Shown one piece after another: positions 12,977 to 29,966 of a stretch of DNA of 64,000 nt (positions are counted from its first letter, which is position 1; each line of letters starts with the position of its first letter). Both the position numbers and the translations under genes were made by a program. The stretch covers positions 1 to 64,000 of the forward strand of contig DF237301.1 in the NCBI GenBank assembly GCA_000708835.1, read 5' to 3'. This DNA comes from Klebsormidium nitens (taxonomy: Eukaryota > Plantae > Klebsormidiophyceae). The notes under the pieces are model-generated. The model searched no databases. It was not told the DNA's origin and saw only the letters and a list, made by a program, of their open reading frames with translations.

Positions 12977-13926
12977 GACGTAAGAGGTGTGCAGTGAGCA
13001 GTGCAGAGTGACAGGGGGCATAGTGAGCTGTCCATGATGTGGCACAACGAAGTGCTGTGCAGATAGCGAGAGGGATTTTGCAAGATACCCAGACTCTGCC
13101 TCTTTGGGAGATCAGTGCAAGATGGGTGCAACACGAGTCAGTCTAATTTTTCGTCTAGAGTTGAATCTGTCTCCTTAAGCTCAGAGTTTTGAGCTAGTCA
13201 AAATGGTGGATCGAGGAGATTGTTCGTCTTCAGTCAATCAGAGTCTGGTGATGCGGCACAATTTTCCGAGCCTAGCTCGTCTGAGGTCTACATTCTGCCA
13301 GCTTTGAGAAGCTGTTGCGGTTTCGATCCAGTGCCAAAGATCGCTGAGAAGCTACGGGCCGCTGAATGCATCCTACTGAAGCCCACAGGAAACTTTATCT
13401 TTGCTTTTGTACGTGAGTACGTCGGCGTGTGCCTGCTCATTCGGAGATACGGCATATGGCTGCAAGCAGGCAATCATGAAATTCTATACAGTAATCAAAA
13501 ATTCGGATCGGCCGCTCTTATTGAGTTTTATTGCCTCTATACGCCCTTGTCGATCGGACCATGTGAATTCTCCAACTTTTAAATCTTGGCGTGCTAGCCT
13601 GCGCCCGCCAATATCCATGGGTCACCGTCTGCTCCATGCATGGGGCCGGCCCAGGCTAATTAAGTCAAATCGATCATCATTGGAGCTCAGATTCAAAAGC
13701 ACACATGCCATGCGTCACTTCGTCCACATGATGATGTACGTGTTCTGTTGCTACCCAGGCGGTCATCGATCGTAGCAGAAGTTGGCTGCGGGTTTATCGA
13801 AATTGTCCAGGTTGTTCTCGATCAAGACCGAGGGTCAAGTCAAATCTTGGGAAGTCCACAATGATAACAGCATTCTTCTGACATCATCGCGTCATGAAAA
13901 GACGCGCAGACTTCATGCGCACCAGA

Positions 13927-18888
<4,962 letters not shown>

Positions 18889-19129
18889 GTTTCCTCTGCT
18901 AGAGAGCCTACCAGACCCTTGAAGCTTAATACTCAAGCAGCAACTTGGCGAGCAGTGCGGGGCCTATGCATTCAGGCCCTTTCCCTTCGATCAATCCTTA
19001 CAAGACAACCCAAAAACGTTGTCAAAGCTGCTGAAACGTTCCTTCACTGAAGACTCAGCGCCCTGTAAGCGCCTCCACTGTCCACAGAATTTACAACTTT
19101 CTCATGTGCTACATATCTTGCTTGTGAAC

Positions 19130-19137
19130 AAACCCTA
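19130..19137 (+). promoter_or_regulatory. Telo-box AAACCCTA in the katanin/FHA divergent promoter
   Basis: Exact motif in the 580-bp head-to-head interval. The same motif occurs at 33958-33965 and 40264-40271 in two other divergent intervals. It is a short motif and its function is inferred. Confidence 0.3.
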
Positions 19138-19468
19138 GACAGAACGGGCTCAGGTCAGCGAGTCAGCCATCTGGAACCCGGAATGTGGGTGTAACCGCAG
19201 CCAAAATAGTCGGGAAAAGCAGCGGAACCCTAACTCTCAAAGCCTTTGACAGAGGCCCTCAGGCTGCTCTCGAAACGATACCCTGTACAGTTGAATCAAT
19301 GAATGAATTGTTCAAACTGGAGAGGCAATGTGTTGCTCTCCTTTCTCTTCTGCAATTGGCATTCCCGCATGAATCTTTAGAGCAGTTCGCCTGCGGCCTG
19401 CCCCAGAAAACACAGGTGCCTCTCTTGAAAGTTTTCATCTGATCCATCGCACATTTAGAGAGGCAGCT

Positions 19469-22400
19469 ATGGACGACCCGTCGCAGCCCGCGTCTCCAGA
19501 GGGAAAGGAGAGGCGGGTGGTGGCTGGGTTTGCCAAGATCAGGGGCATGGGCTGGGAGTTTTTCATGCAGAAGTACGAGATTGTGATCGGGAGGAACAGC
19601 AAAAACACGGCGGTGGACATCGATCTGGCGAAGGACGGTGGTGGCATGAATGTCAGCCGGAGGCATGCGAGGATCTACTACAACTTCGACAAGTGAGTTT
19701 ACTCTTTCTTTGATGCAATATTCAGACTTACGCAGCACGGCATGAGGAGACTGCTGAGCGTCATGACAAGCCAGTTTTACTGCAAGGGGCCCTTGTGGTA
19801 CTATCAAAATTTTCAAGTGCGCTTCTTTGCAGACCCTGCCGTTTGTGTAGTCAGGGGCCCTGCCATCAAGCGTGTTTCAAATAAGACATGGGGAATATTC
19901 TGACATTTGAAAGGGTTTCTCCGAAGCTTCTTGTAAACCACCATAGCGCTCTACATTTTGCAGTTTTCTACTTACCGCATTCTCCAACACTCCCTGTGAA
20001 GCCGGATGCCTCTAAAGCATCCTTCAAAGTCTGCAGATGCAACTTACATTTTCTTGTATGCGCCAGAGCGCACGCACAAATATGCCCACGGTAATTCACT
20101 TATATCAGTCCCTTCCTTGCACAACCAAAGTCCCCGACGGCGAACCTTCTTTTGGAAGAACCAATGTTAGAATAGCTTCTTCAAATTACTGAATCAAGGT
20201 CCTGAGCCATGACCTGATGAAATTGTTTCATGTTGCAGGAAGAGATTTGAGATTGAGATTCTTGGCAAGAACGGGGCGTATGTGGACGGCCAGCTTCGAG
20301 TTCCCAGCGATGGCCCCATTCCCCTGAACTCCCAAAGGTGTGCTTATCTTTTTTCAAAAAAGCCATCATCCTGTGCTCACCGCTGTGCATTTGGGAGCCC
20401 TTGAGGATGGTGTAAGGGCTACCTTCGTACATGGATTTGGAAATGTGTTTATCCTGAACATGCGATACAAACAACCTAAAAGGCCCTCAACATTCTTCTG
20501 TAAGGTATCAAAGTTCAGTAGAGCCTTCTAAGGTGTTACAACCTGTCTACTTGTCATTGGAAGCCTCTAAGAGATTCACAACAAAAACGGACCCACTCGA
20601 GTCTTTTCTGACCATCTTAGACACTTTTTCAACTACTGGGCCTCATATTGCTTACTCAGAGTGGGGCTTTGCTTGTTTGGCTCAACGCCTCCTACTCTGG
20701 CGCCTCTCCACACTTTGATAGCAATGCGAGATGCCGCCAGACAGGCAATAGCAAATCGTGCTGTTTCTTTCAGAAAATATCGAGTACTTTCCAATCCATA
20801 AACGGCACTTTACACAAATGCAGCTTGGTCGTGGTGGGGGACTTTCCGTTCTACTTCTTGCTTCCAACCAAGAAGGTCGAGAAAAGGCGTGCTCCAGTAC
20901 ACAGTAGGTTCCTCCAACTTCAACACAAAGCTACTCTTTCCTGAGTGTCTTGCCCCATGTTGCTGTTTCGGAGTGATCATTGAAGTTCGCTGTTGTTGTC
21001 GGCAAAATTGTTGCAACTTGGAATGAAAATGAGGAGAGGGGAAAAAAACTAAAAACAAGGGCTGCTGCTTTAAGGGCTTCTGAGAGGGCTTGCGGTCAGG
21101 TTTGGATGCTTTTCTCTTTCTGACTTTGCATTGCCACGCCAGCTGGAGGAGCTGCAGAAGCCCTTTCTGCAAGACTTTGTCCAATCGGAGTTCATGATCT
21201 TAGTAGTGACTGAAAGCTCCGTTCAATTGGATATGAGTGGATCGGTTGTAGTAGAGTAGTAGCTACCATGAGTTTACCTCTGCACGCAAACACAGTACTT
21301 TCTGAGAAAAGTGCCTTGTCTGAGAGATCTGGCTGATTCCTAGTTTGTCGCGAATGCTGCGGTGAGCTTGGCTTCATCTTTGCTGCTGTGCAATTGTCAT
21401 ATGAGACAACATATGTCTTATCTCATCCATCTCGTTTGCTTCTGAACAGATGGGGACCAAAACAGGCCTCTGCACGAAGGAGCCGACGAGTCCGAAGACG
21501 CAAACGGCGCTGCCGACTTTGAAGCGGAAAACGAGGGCTTTGACCCTGGGTTCGATGCGAAGCAGGCGGTTCAGGACGAAAAGCCGAAGCGGGGAAAGCG
21601 CAAGTCGCACCACGAGGAGAACGAGAGGGGAGGCGAGATCGGATATGAAGGGGCGGGGCCATCGCCTATGGAAATCGAGGGCCTTGGGACCGAAGGAAGT
21701 GGTAAGAAGAGGAAAGCAGGCTTGCAGAGGACTAAGCACGAATCTGGGGAACAAGCGCAGGTGGCTTGGGAGCAACCGCGCAATGGAGCGAATTCCATGC
21801 CTCACGAAGAAGAAAAGTTCGACAGAGCGGCACGGAGTGGGAAGCAGGAAACGCAGGAGGAGAAGCCGAGAGCTCGGAAGGGGGCCGATGCGACGGCGCC
21901 CAAAGGGGGGATCTACGTGAGAAGACTGGAACCTGCGGAAGAGAAGACAGACGAGGTCGTGCTTTTGTCCGAGCAGGCTGCGAGCAAACGGAAGCATGAC
22001 GCTGAGGACGGTCCGGGGGTGCCGAGCGGCAGCCAAAAGAAAGCTTCCAAGAAGAAAGTGGACCCCCCTGCCGAAAGCAGAGCCGCCCGAGAGGGATCCC
22101 CCGGGCCCTCTTTCCAGGGGAGAAGCTTGCGTGTGGCGTCTCCCCCGAGGCGAAAGTGGCCGGCGGACGGAGATGCCAAGCCGGGGAAGGTCGCGCCGAC
22201 GTCACCAACTAGAGCGGCGGCAAAACGAGCGGCGGCGGAGTCGACGGAAGGGAGTGCTCGGAAAGAAAGAGGGAAGAGTGGGCCTGAGGAGACGGGGGCG
22301 GGGAATCGCCAGGCGGCAGAGCGGGAAGTGGTGGAGGCAATTGCGGAGATTCTGGGGGCGCAGGACGACCCGGCAGCAGCCGTGCCTCTGAACAAGCTGT

Positions 22401-23355
22401 TCATGCAGGTTGGTGTCTGCTCTTCCTTTTGATTGGTCTTCTCGATTGGAAAAGAAAGGAAGTAGAGGAAACTGGGATTTCCTCGAAAGAGGGAGGACCC
22501 ACTATGGCCCTGGTGGGTTGGCGTGTGGCTCTCCCCTTTACTTACGACGTGAGAGCGTTGAGTAGGTTTTCTCTGGGAGGAAAGCGCGTCTATTTCCTCT
22601 GCTGGCCGGACTGTTGCTCTACATGCGGCCCTGATCTTTTGTCAAACGCTCTCTTCGCTCGCTTCATCTTCTTCGATCTATGTCTTCCGCTGTGTCTTTC
22701 TTGACTTTCTTAATCCTAGGAAAAAAAGTTGAACAATACAAGCCGGTGATTTTGTAGAACATCAACCGTTAAGTCTGATAACATAGCCGATCCAACACGT
22801 TCACCAGGAACGCTCGGTCTACCTGCGGGGGAGCCATCTTTGGAGAAATTTCCTTCTTATGGGCTCAAATCCAATGAATGCTGCCAATCGTACTGGCACC
22901 TAAGCGTCCTTAAAGAGCGCCCTCAAAAGAATCATGATCTATCTTGTGTGCGCATCTAATGTTGGTTTCAGCAACGGGTGTTTGCGTGCAAAAGGACGGA
23001 ATTCCTAAGGATGGTTCTGACGAGTCACGTTGTCTGCGGTTAATGGGTTAGCAGATCTCGAGCTGATTTCAAGCAGTGACCGTCTCTGGATACGGGAGTT
23101 GTGAGGAAGGAGTAGCCCTAACGCTTGCGCCACCATTCGCTTGTGCAGTTCTCGGAGCGTCATCGCCAGCTGTATGAGTGGACAGTGGGTTTCCTCTTAG
23201 GCGCCACAGAAGAAGACACTTCCGAGCAGGTGCATCGGCCGTGGCTGGCCTTGGCGAGTTTCTTGAAGCGACATCCTCAGCAGTTCGTGGTTGAGTCACA
23301 AGCGAAAGGCCGGCTTGTGTCCTGGTATGCTAGATTGAGGCAGCCTGAATCGTGA
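19469..23355 (+). CDS. FHA-domain nuclear protein (plant FHA1/FHA2-like transcriptional regulator), 5 exons
   Basis: Exons 19469-19692, 20239-20337, 20824-20903 (donor less certain), 21450-22408 and 23149-23355. The FHA domain reads AGFAKIRG..EFFMQKYEIVIGRNS..VSRRHARIYYNF..LGKNG..GDFPFYFLLP. The C-terminal FLKRHPQQFVV resembles the plant FHA2 tail, with a long charged linker between. Confidence 0.85.
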
Positions 23356-24345
23356 GCCGTCAAATGTTTTCGCTCGGATTAAACTTACTAAACCGCCTCA
23401 ACAGATGCAAGAAAGCGTTCTCAAGACAGCTAGTAGCTCTCGTCCAATTCTTCACTTCAGCGGTCAACAAAAGGAAGTGTTGGTGCTTTGCTAAGTTTGA
23501 AGTTTTGATGTAGTTCCTCGATAATGCCGGCAGCTCTTCATCGCCGCAATCTTATCACCGGCGCAATATTTTCACATATATGAAGGGGCTCTCAGACGGC
23601 CCCAGCATGGGGCTGCACACTAAATTGAGATTGGTGATCGGGATTCTGTCCAGAAATACATGATGCCGTCGTTTTGTCCTTCCATCCGTGAGATGCATTG
23701 GTCGCGCCGGCATGCAACCTCCATAGCGAAGCATGCAGAAAATTCACGAGTTGAAAATCGTTACTACATTCATGCAGCCTGCTCAAAGGGGTCATGCCCA
23801 ACGATAATGCCAGCTTGTTTAGCGTGCACGACACCGGGTTGAAACCATAACAATGTCTCTAGTGCATACTAATCACGAGACGTTTGGTATTGCTCGAGAT
23901 AGGGCTGAGTTGATACAGTGGCGACCATCAATCCTAGGTAGGTGCACAGCCTTAGCCCTTGCCCAAACTTGCTTCAGCACAGCAATCGGCCAGGCTCACT
24001 GATCCAATTCAGAACATGCCGCACTGAGTACAACAATACGTTGAGGTGCTCAACCATAGAACAAGGATGAGCATGCCGTAACTTTGTGATGTTGATCTGT
24101 ATTCACCAAAAGCAGAAACAAAGGCATGTCATGCTTGAGCTACCCGGATTTCTCGACCCAGAAATAAGAGACGCTCGGCCATATAGAGAATGTTTAGTGA
24201 ACACGCAAGTACCACGGGGTCTCTCGCTGCACTAGCTTGCGCCCCAGGTACTGCAGAAGGTTTGCAGCGGTCTCTCGACGCTGCCTTGCGAAAGAGAGAT
24301 GGCACCTCAATGCTAAAGAGGGGCTGTACAGTAGAAACGCCCTGC

Positions 24346-26786
24346 TTAATCGAACAGGCTGAAGCCCATGTCCTGCGCACAACGAAACCCAAATGCTATC
24401 AGGACAACGCACAAGGGCTCTTCGCATACACTGTTCCAACGTTGTCCCATATGACTAATCACAAGAACCTCAGCCGGGCGAATTCAAACACTGGAAGAAA
24501 CCTACCTGCCCAAGAGACTTGTCAAATAAGAACTAGAGTGAGCCAGGAAGAAAACATTGAAGAGCAAATTCCAGGCAAATCAGCCGACATCACAATGGGC
24601 CCTGGCAAGTGATACGCGAAGCCTTTCCAATTATGTTCTACAGACTTGTGACCCATGTCCTGCCATGCCATGTCGAGCTCTCGAGTCTCCTCCCATCGAC
24701 TCACAGGCCAATGCATGCTCTCCCTTGGATGCCTCTCAAGCAGCAAGCTCTTAATACCGTTTTGCACTCTCAACTCAACCAACTTGGTCTCAAGGCCTGA
24801 GTCAACCCGATGGCACCCTGATCTTTCACAATCGAACACGCATCCCCAGGGCAAACCTCTACAGCCAAAAAACCCCTGCATCGTTCAGCCCTTTGCCGTG
24901 TCCAGTTCCGACAAACTCCACAACACACAATATTCAGGCCCTAAGTTCCGAAAACCGGTATGCATCCTCCAGCCAACCCGTACTAGAGTGGAAGGCCACA
25001 AGGGGCCGAGGACACAAGATGCTAAACCTCACCTCGTCCTCCTCCTCTTCCTCCTCCTTCTCTTCCTTCTTCTCCTCCTTCTTCTCCTCAGCAGCGCCGC
25101 CACCACCGCCGCCGCTGGACACGGCACCACCGCCACCACCGCCGCCGCCGCCGGAAGGCACGGAGGCGAACTTTTCCCTCCCGAGCGCAATCACCTCCGT
25201 GATGTCCTTGCCCTCCAACTCCTTGAGCAGGAGCTCAATCCTCTCGTCATCGGCCTCGGCACCAACTGGAAAGATAAGGCAAGGGAATGTCAAAAGGTTT
25301 TCTCGCCACTCCCTCGGGCAAATGTCCATTTTCTCTGCTTCAGGGCAAGTACTTCCTTGACGAAGCTATGAAAACAGAGAGGAACACTTTGTGCTGAACA
25401 TCAATCTGCAGGCCAACTTTGTCTGGGTTCAGTTAGCCGGGCACTTTCATATGCCCTCGATAGACTAACAAACAGTGCCAGAACATGCGGGCATGCTTGA
25501 GTTTGCTGCGAGTCATCTTGCAAGACGCTGATGCCTAACGGGTGTGCGAACACTACAATGTTCAGGTTTGCCTTGCAACAGACACACACGTAAGGCAACG
25601 GCACCACTCTTTTGACTCTCTGAAGGAGGAGGTCAACTTCGTAACAAAGGCACGGCTCCGATCATCTATCCCTCATGTTTGGCCAGTGGCCCCATCATTA
25701 ATGAGATTAATCCTCTTAACCCTGTACCGACCGGAGACCCTGTTCCTCAACCATAGTGCAACTCCAAACCTATCGTCAGCGGATTGACTGTGAAAGAAGA
25801 CTGTCAACCCAATTTCCGAGTGTCTGTGCTAAAATGCGTTTCTGTGCAGCACTGCCCTCTGTTGCATCTATACCCTCTGTTGCATTTGAACCCCACTTCT
25901 TCGGAAGAAAGAACAAGAACTAACTCCCAGAGAGAACGGAGCTCTTAAAAGACATATATCTGCTGGAGAGTAATTACTATGCCTTACCAACTGCGAACTC
26001 CTGCTGATACGATCGTGAACAGGGGCGACAAGAGGTCAACTACTGATGGGCATTCTTCCTTGCCCGCACTTAAACCATTACCAATCGGCTCCAGCTGTCA
26101 CACCCAACGAATCAGCGACGTTTAAGATCTCAAGAATCCCTCTGTGCTTACTCCAGCTGTTTTATCGTCCCAAAAATTGCTCGGCTCCATGACACTGATT
26201 GGCTTGACAGATAAGCACATTAGATGCTCATCAAAAGAAACAAGACTTTACAGATGGACTCGAAAATATAATAAGCCACTTCCTGGACTCACTGCAGCAG
26301 CTCTGGTCACTCTGCACTTGCACGGTAAAGGTTCGATTCATGGGCACAAAAAAAACCGGCAGCTCGGAAGCCCAGAAGCATGACTGCCCCAACCATTACC
26401 ATCCCTACTTTCCCAATCGTAAGGCGATGGCCCAGCACCTGACTTACAGGGAAACCTATCCAACAAAAACTTCCCCCATCCTTCAATCCAGATTCCTTGC
26501 CTCTATGATAAAACATCCCTGGCTCAAGCATGAAAGGCAGGCCACAAATAAGCTGTGTGCTATAAACCTCATTCTCTTCTACTTGCAGAATCTGCTACTG
26601 TGGAGCCCTAGAAGCAAAAGGCAGCTTTTAAGGAGGGACGCCCTTAGAAAGACGGCGCCAATCATAGAAGCAGGCTGTAGCACTCGCGTTAACCCTACCT
26701 GAGCTCAGAATATTCTTGATGTCCTTCTCCGTGGGGCTGCTCTTCCCCCCCAGGACCGCAAGAAGGTAGGCAGCGACGACCTTCAT
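24346..26786 (-). CDS. RPP2: 60S acidic ribosomal protein P2, 115 aa, 3 exons
   Basis: Exons 26786-26699, 25265-25033 and 24372-24346 give [57 protein letters not shown]. Confidence 0.97.
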
Positions 26787-27283
26787 TGTGACTGCTGACA
26801 AAGAATGCGCCCCTGCGTCTGTCTGCCCGTCTGCGAGATCGGCTGCGAAAGAGGGAGAAGGAGTAGCGAGGCGGGCAGCTCCTTCTCAGCAGATCCTCTT
26901 CGAGTTCAAAATCCGAAACCTCAGGGTGTGCCGTGAGAAGCAAAGTTTCTCGAAGAGGAAGCTCCGGACAGAGGGCTTCGACGACAAACTTTAGAAGGCG
27001 CGGAACTGGACGCCTGAAAGTTCTTCGAATCGAAGAATGGACCGTCGAGCAAGCGCCAGCGCTCAGAACTCGACTCGACCCTGGCCCTGGGGCCACGCAA
27101 ATTGAAATGGAGCACGTGAAAGCTGCTCATGCGAAGCGTTCTGCTTGCCAATGCCAGGTTGCAATCCTAGACGCAAGTCACGCGCCCCAATCAAGTAAGA
27201 CCACTACCGGTACTGATTCTCTTGGTCCCAGCAGACGTTTTTTTCCTGAAGGCTAGGCTGGATCTGAGGAGGTGTGCAAGTCA

Positions 27284-29027
27284 ATGGCGGCGGATGCAAT
27301 GGACACTGCCCTGGGCTTGCTCGGTCACCTTCCCGAGGGCTCGCTCGTCATCATCAAAGACTCGCTAGCCGCCAGCGGTTCTTTCCTGCTACACCACTAC
27401 ATCAGCAGATTGTTGGCTGCCCCAAAAGCTGAAAAGCAAACTCCCACGTCAATTGATGTTCGTACTGAGAAGTCCACTGCTTTTGATGGGAGGGTCGGTA
27501 AGGTTCCTTGTAAGGTTTGCCTGGTGGCATTCGATCAGAAGTTTTCACACTTTGCAAATGTGGGCCGGAAGCAGGGTGTGAACCTGGTTGCAAACGCAGA
27601 GGAGGGCGCGCTACGGTTCGTCGACGGCATCTCGAAACCGTTCGAGTGGGGGGGAGTACTTCCTCGTAGCACCCCATGTGGCGCGGTTGAGACATCCGAG
27701 AGTCTGGAGAGCTTTCTCGAGGGGGGTCTACAGGAGCTATCAATCACGGGGGAGCCGCAGTCTGTCAGAAGCGCTTCTCCAAGCGCCCCCCAGGGCGTAG
27801 TAAAACAGATTGAGACCTCATTAGGAGGTACACTACCAGTCACGCCCCCTTCTGCTGCCATATATCCACACTCTAATTCTAGGAATGTGCCTGGCGTCAG
27901 CAGCACTGGAAGGTCACAATCTCCTTCTGTTAAACAGCCCAGCCACGTTACGGCAATGCTCCCTCCCACATTCACCTGCCACATGCACCCCCCGCGAACA
28001 CCAAGAAGACGGAGTCCACTTCAAGCCCTCTGTCAGCAAATATCTGCAGCTGTGTCGGACCTCTCTGATCAGTCAGAAGCTGAGGCAAAGCAGAACAAAC
28101 GGGCGCCACTGGCTGACGGGGGCCTTGCTATCGTCTTTGATGACTTGGGGGGACCGGAAGCTGCATGTCAGGGCTCGGCGCATGAGGTCCTGGCGCTGCT
28201 CAACTGGTGCCGGACACTGCGGAGTCAAAACGGAGAGGTGCGTTTGATAAGTACCTATTGGCTGAATTGAGAGACTCTCCTCTTTGACTTGGTCGGGTGT
28301 CCTGCTGTAATTTTTCTAAGACAATTGACCAAGCTATATAACATGGGAAGGGGCCGCTGCTTTGAATGTTTGGACAGAGAGGAATGTTTCTTGCTGGTAG
28401 TTCTGGAGAGTTGGACTGTTCGTGCTTTTTGTTTCAACGGTTTGTGCTGGGTCTACGTACTTGCATCTTTGGCAAAAGCCTGAGGCGCCGTGCAGGGTGT
28501 GTGCTTTGGCTTGCACCTAATGTCGGCCCCGCTCGAGTAGAAGTCGAACCTGTTAACATTTAGGTTTGGGGCTTCTGAAAAGTGGCGGGTTGTTCCTTGA
28601 GACGGGGAAAGCAGCTAGCAAGTGAAGGTCTTTGGGCGACGGCCATGATCACGTTCAAAGCGATAACTGAACGTACAATTTCCAAAGTCTGACTAAGAGG
28701 TTGTTGATTTGATGTATACAGCGGGCTTCGGTGGTGGCTCTGGTTCATGGCAACGATATGCCAGACGGGGAGAAAGGCCTTGCATCGATCATGGAACACT
28801 CTGCGGACCTCATTCTTCAAGTCGAGCCGCTGTCAACAGGCGCCGCTGCTGATATCCACGGACAGCTGTTGATCACACAGCGAACCAACAAATGGATGGA
28901 CCATTTGAGGAAAGGAATAGGCGGTTTCGAAGCAACGAAGCTCCCTAGACAGCAGAAGTTTCAGTTCCGACTGCTCGAGACGGGTGTGAAATTGTTACAT
29001 ATCGGAGGAAGCAAGGGTGGCGCTTGA
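27284..29027 (+). CDS. ELP6: Elongator complex protein 6, ~419 aa, 2 exons
   Basis: Exons 27284-28237 and 28722-29027. Motifs: LVIIKDS..SGSFLLHHY, LVAFDQKFSHF..VGRKQGVNL, IVFDD, VVALVH.D and EHSADLILQVEPLSTGAAADIHGQL. Confidence 0.9.
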
Positions 29028-29966
29028 CTCCTCAGTGCAATTGTTCAAACAGTCTGAATCCGATCATACCACGCCATATCAATGTTCAAATTGTTACTTT
29101 GGCATTGCACATATGAACATGGGAGACGGAACAAGTGTCTGACTTGTTGCATGCAGACAGAATCATTCTTGCAATCTTGGGGACCGCAAGTGGTGAGAAT
29201 GCTTCCGGCTCTGCCATTCGTAACGTGATAGACCGCTAGCTCGTGTATCTTGTCCGAGGGCCTCTATAGCTAGGCTCGTATGTGTATGGTCCCCGCGTCC
29301 CTCACGCTGAGTTAATTTCACATGATGCATGCCCTACCCACGCTATCATATAGACACGTATACCCCATTGCATAGTCACTAAAGGTCAGCTGAGCGATTG
29401 GCTAGCTCGATTACCTATTAATTAATGATCCCTAATCTCGTTTCTTTCATTCGTTTCAATTATAATTCACGCACATGCATGCTCTGCTCTGACTATTTGA
29501 ATCGTCTGCTCTTCATTAACATCGCGTGACATGCATCCGTTCTCAACCTTTTCAAATCGGTGATCTCCAGCCTTTTTAAAACGTTAATTCTTATAGATCC
29601 ATAGTAACGTGCATGATGAGGTTCTAATTGCACATGTGAGCTGAATCGAAGTCACGCATGAGGAGCATTCAACAGAATGAACGTAACATCAGCAGCATCC
29701 TGGATTTGACTTCAATATGTTAGGATCAGCGAGCTCACAGAACGTCCAGAATCCTACCTGAAACTCTCGTTGAACCTGTGCATCCAGTAAGCCCGGCCAT
29801 TGACCCGCATCTTTTGTCAATCAAGTCCATTATCAGAGCACTTTACGTCAGCCGAACGCTTGGCAAGCTGAGCGGGGTTCAATGCTCCGACAATCAACTC
29901 TTGATCTGAATCTCCCAGGTCAAGCAAACAGCCGAGCAAGATACTGCTACATATCAAGTGTCTCGA

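Noticed and set aside
21374-22404. Several 130-220 aa ORFs overlapping the FHA exon 4
   Set aside because: Shadow ORFs of a GC-rich, low-complexity exon.
25030-25155. GAA/GAG and GGC/GGT microsatellite-like tracts
   Set aside because: These are the normal coding hinge and acidic tail of ribosomal protein P2.
25266-26698. Possible intronic C/D snoRNA in the RPP2 intron (TTGATGA at ~26228-26234 on the minus strand)
   Set aside because: The C box is imperfect, and I found no convincing D box with a terminal stem or rRNA guide.
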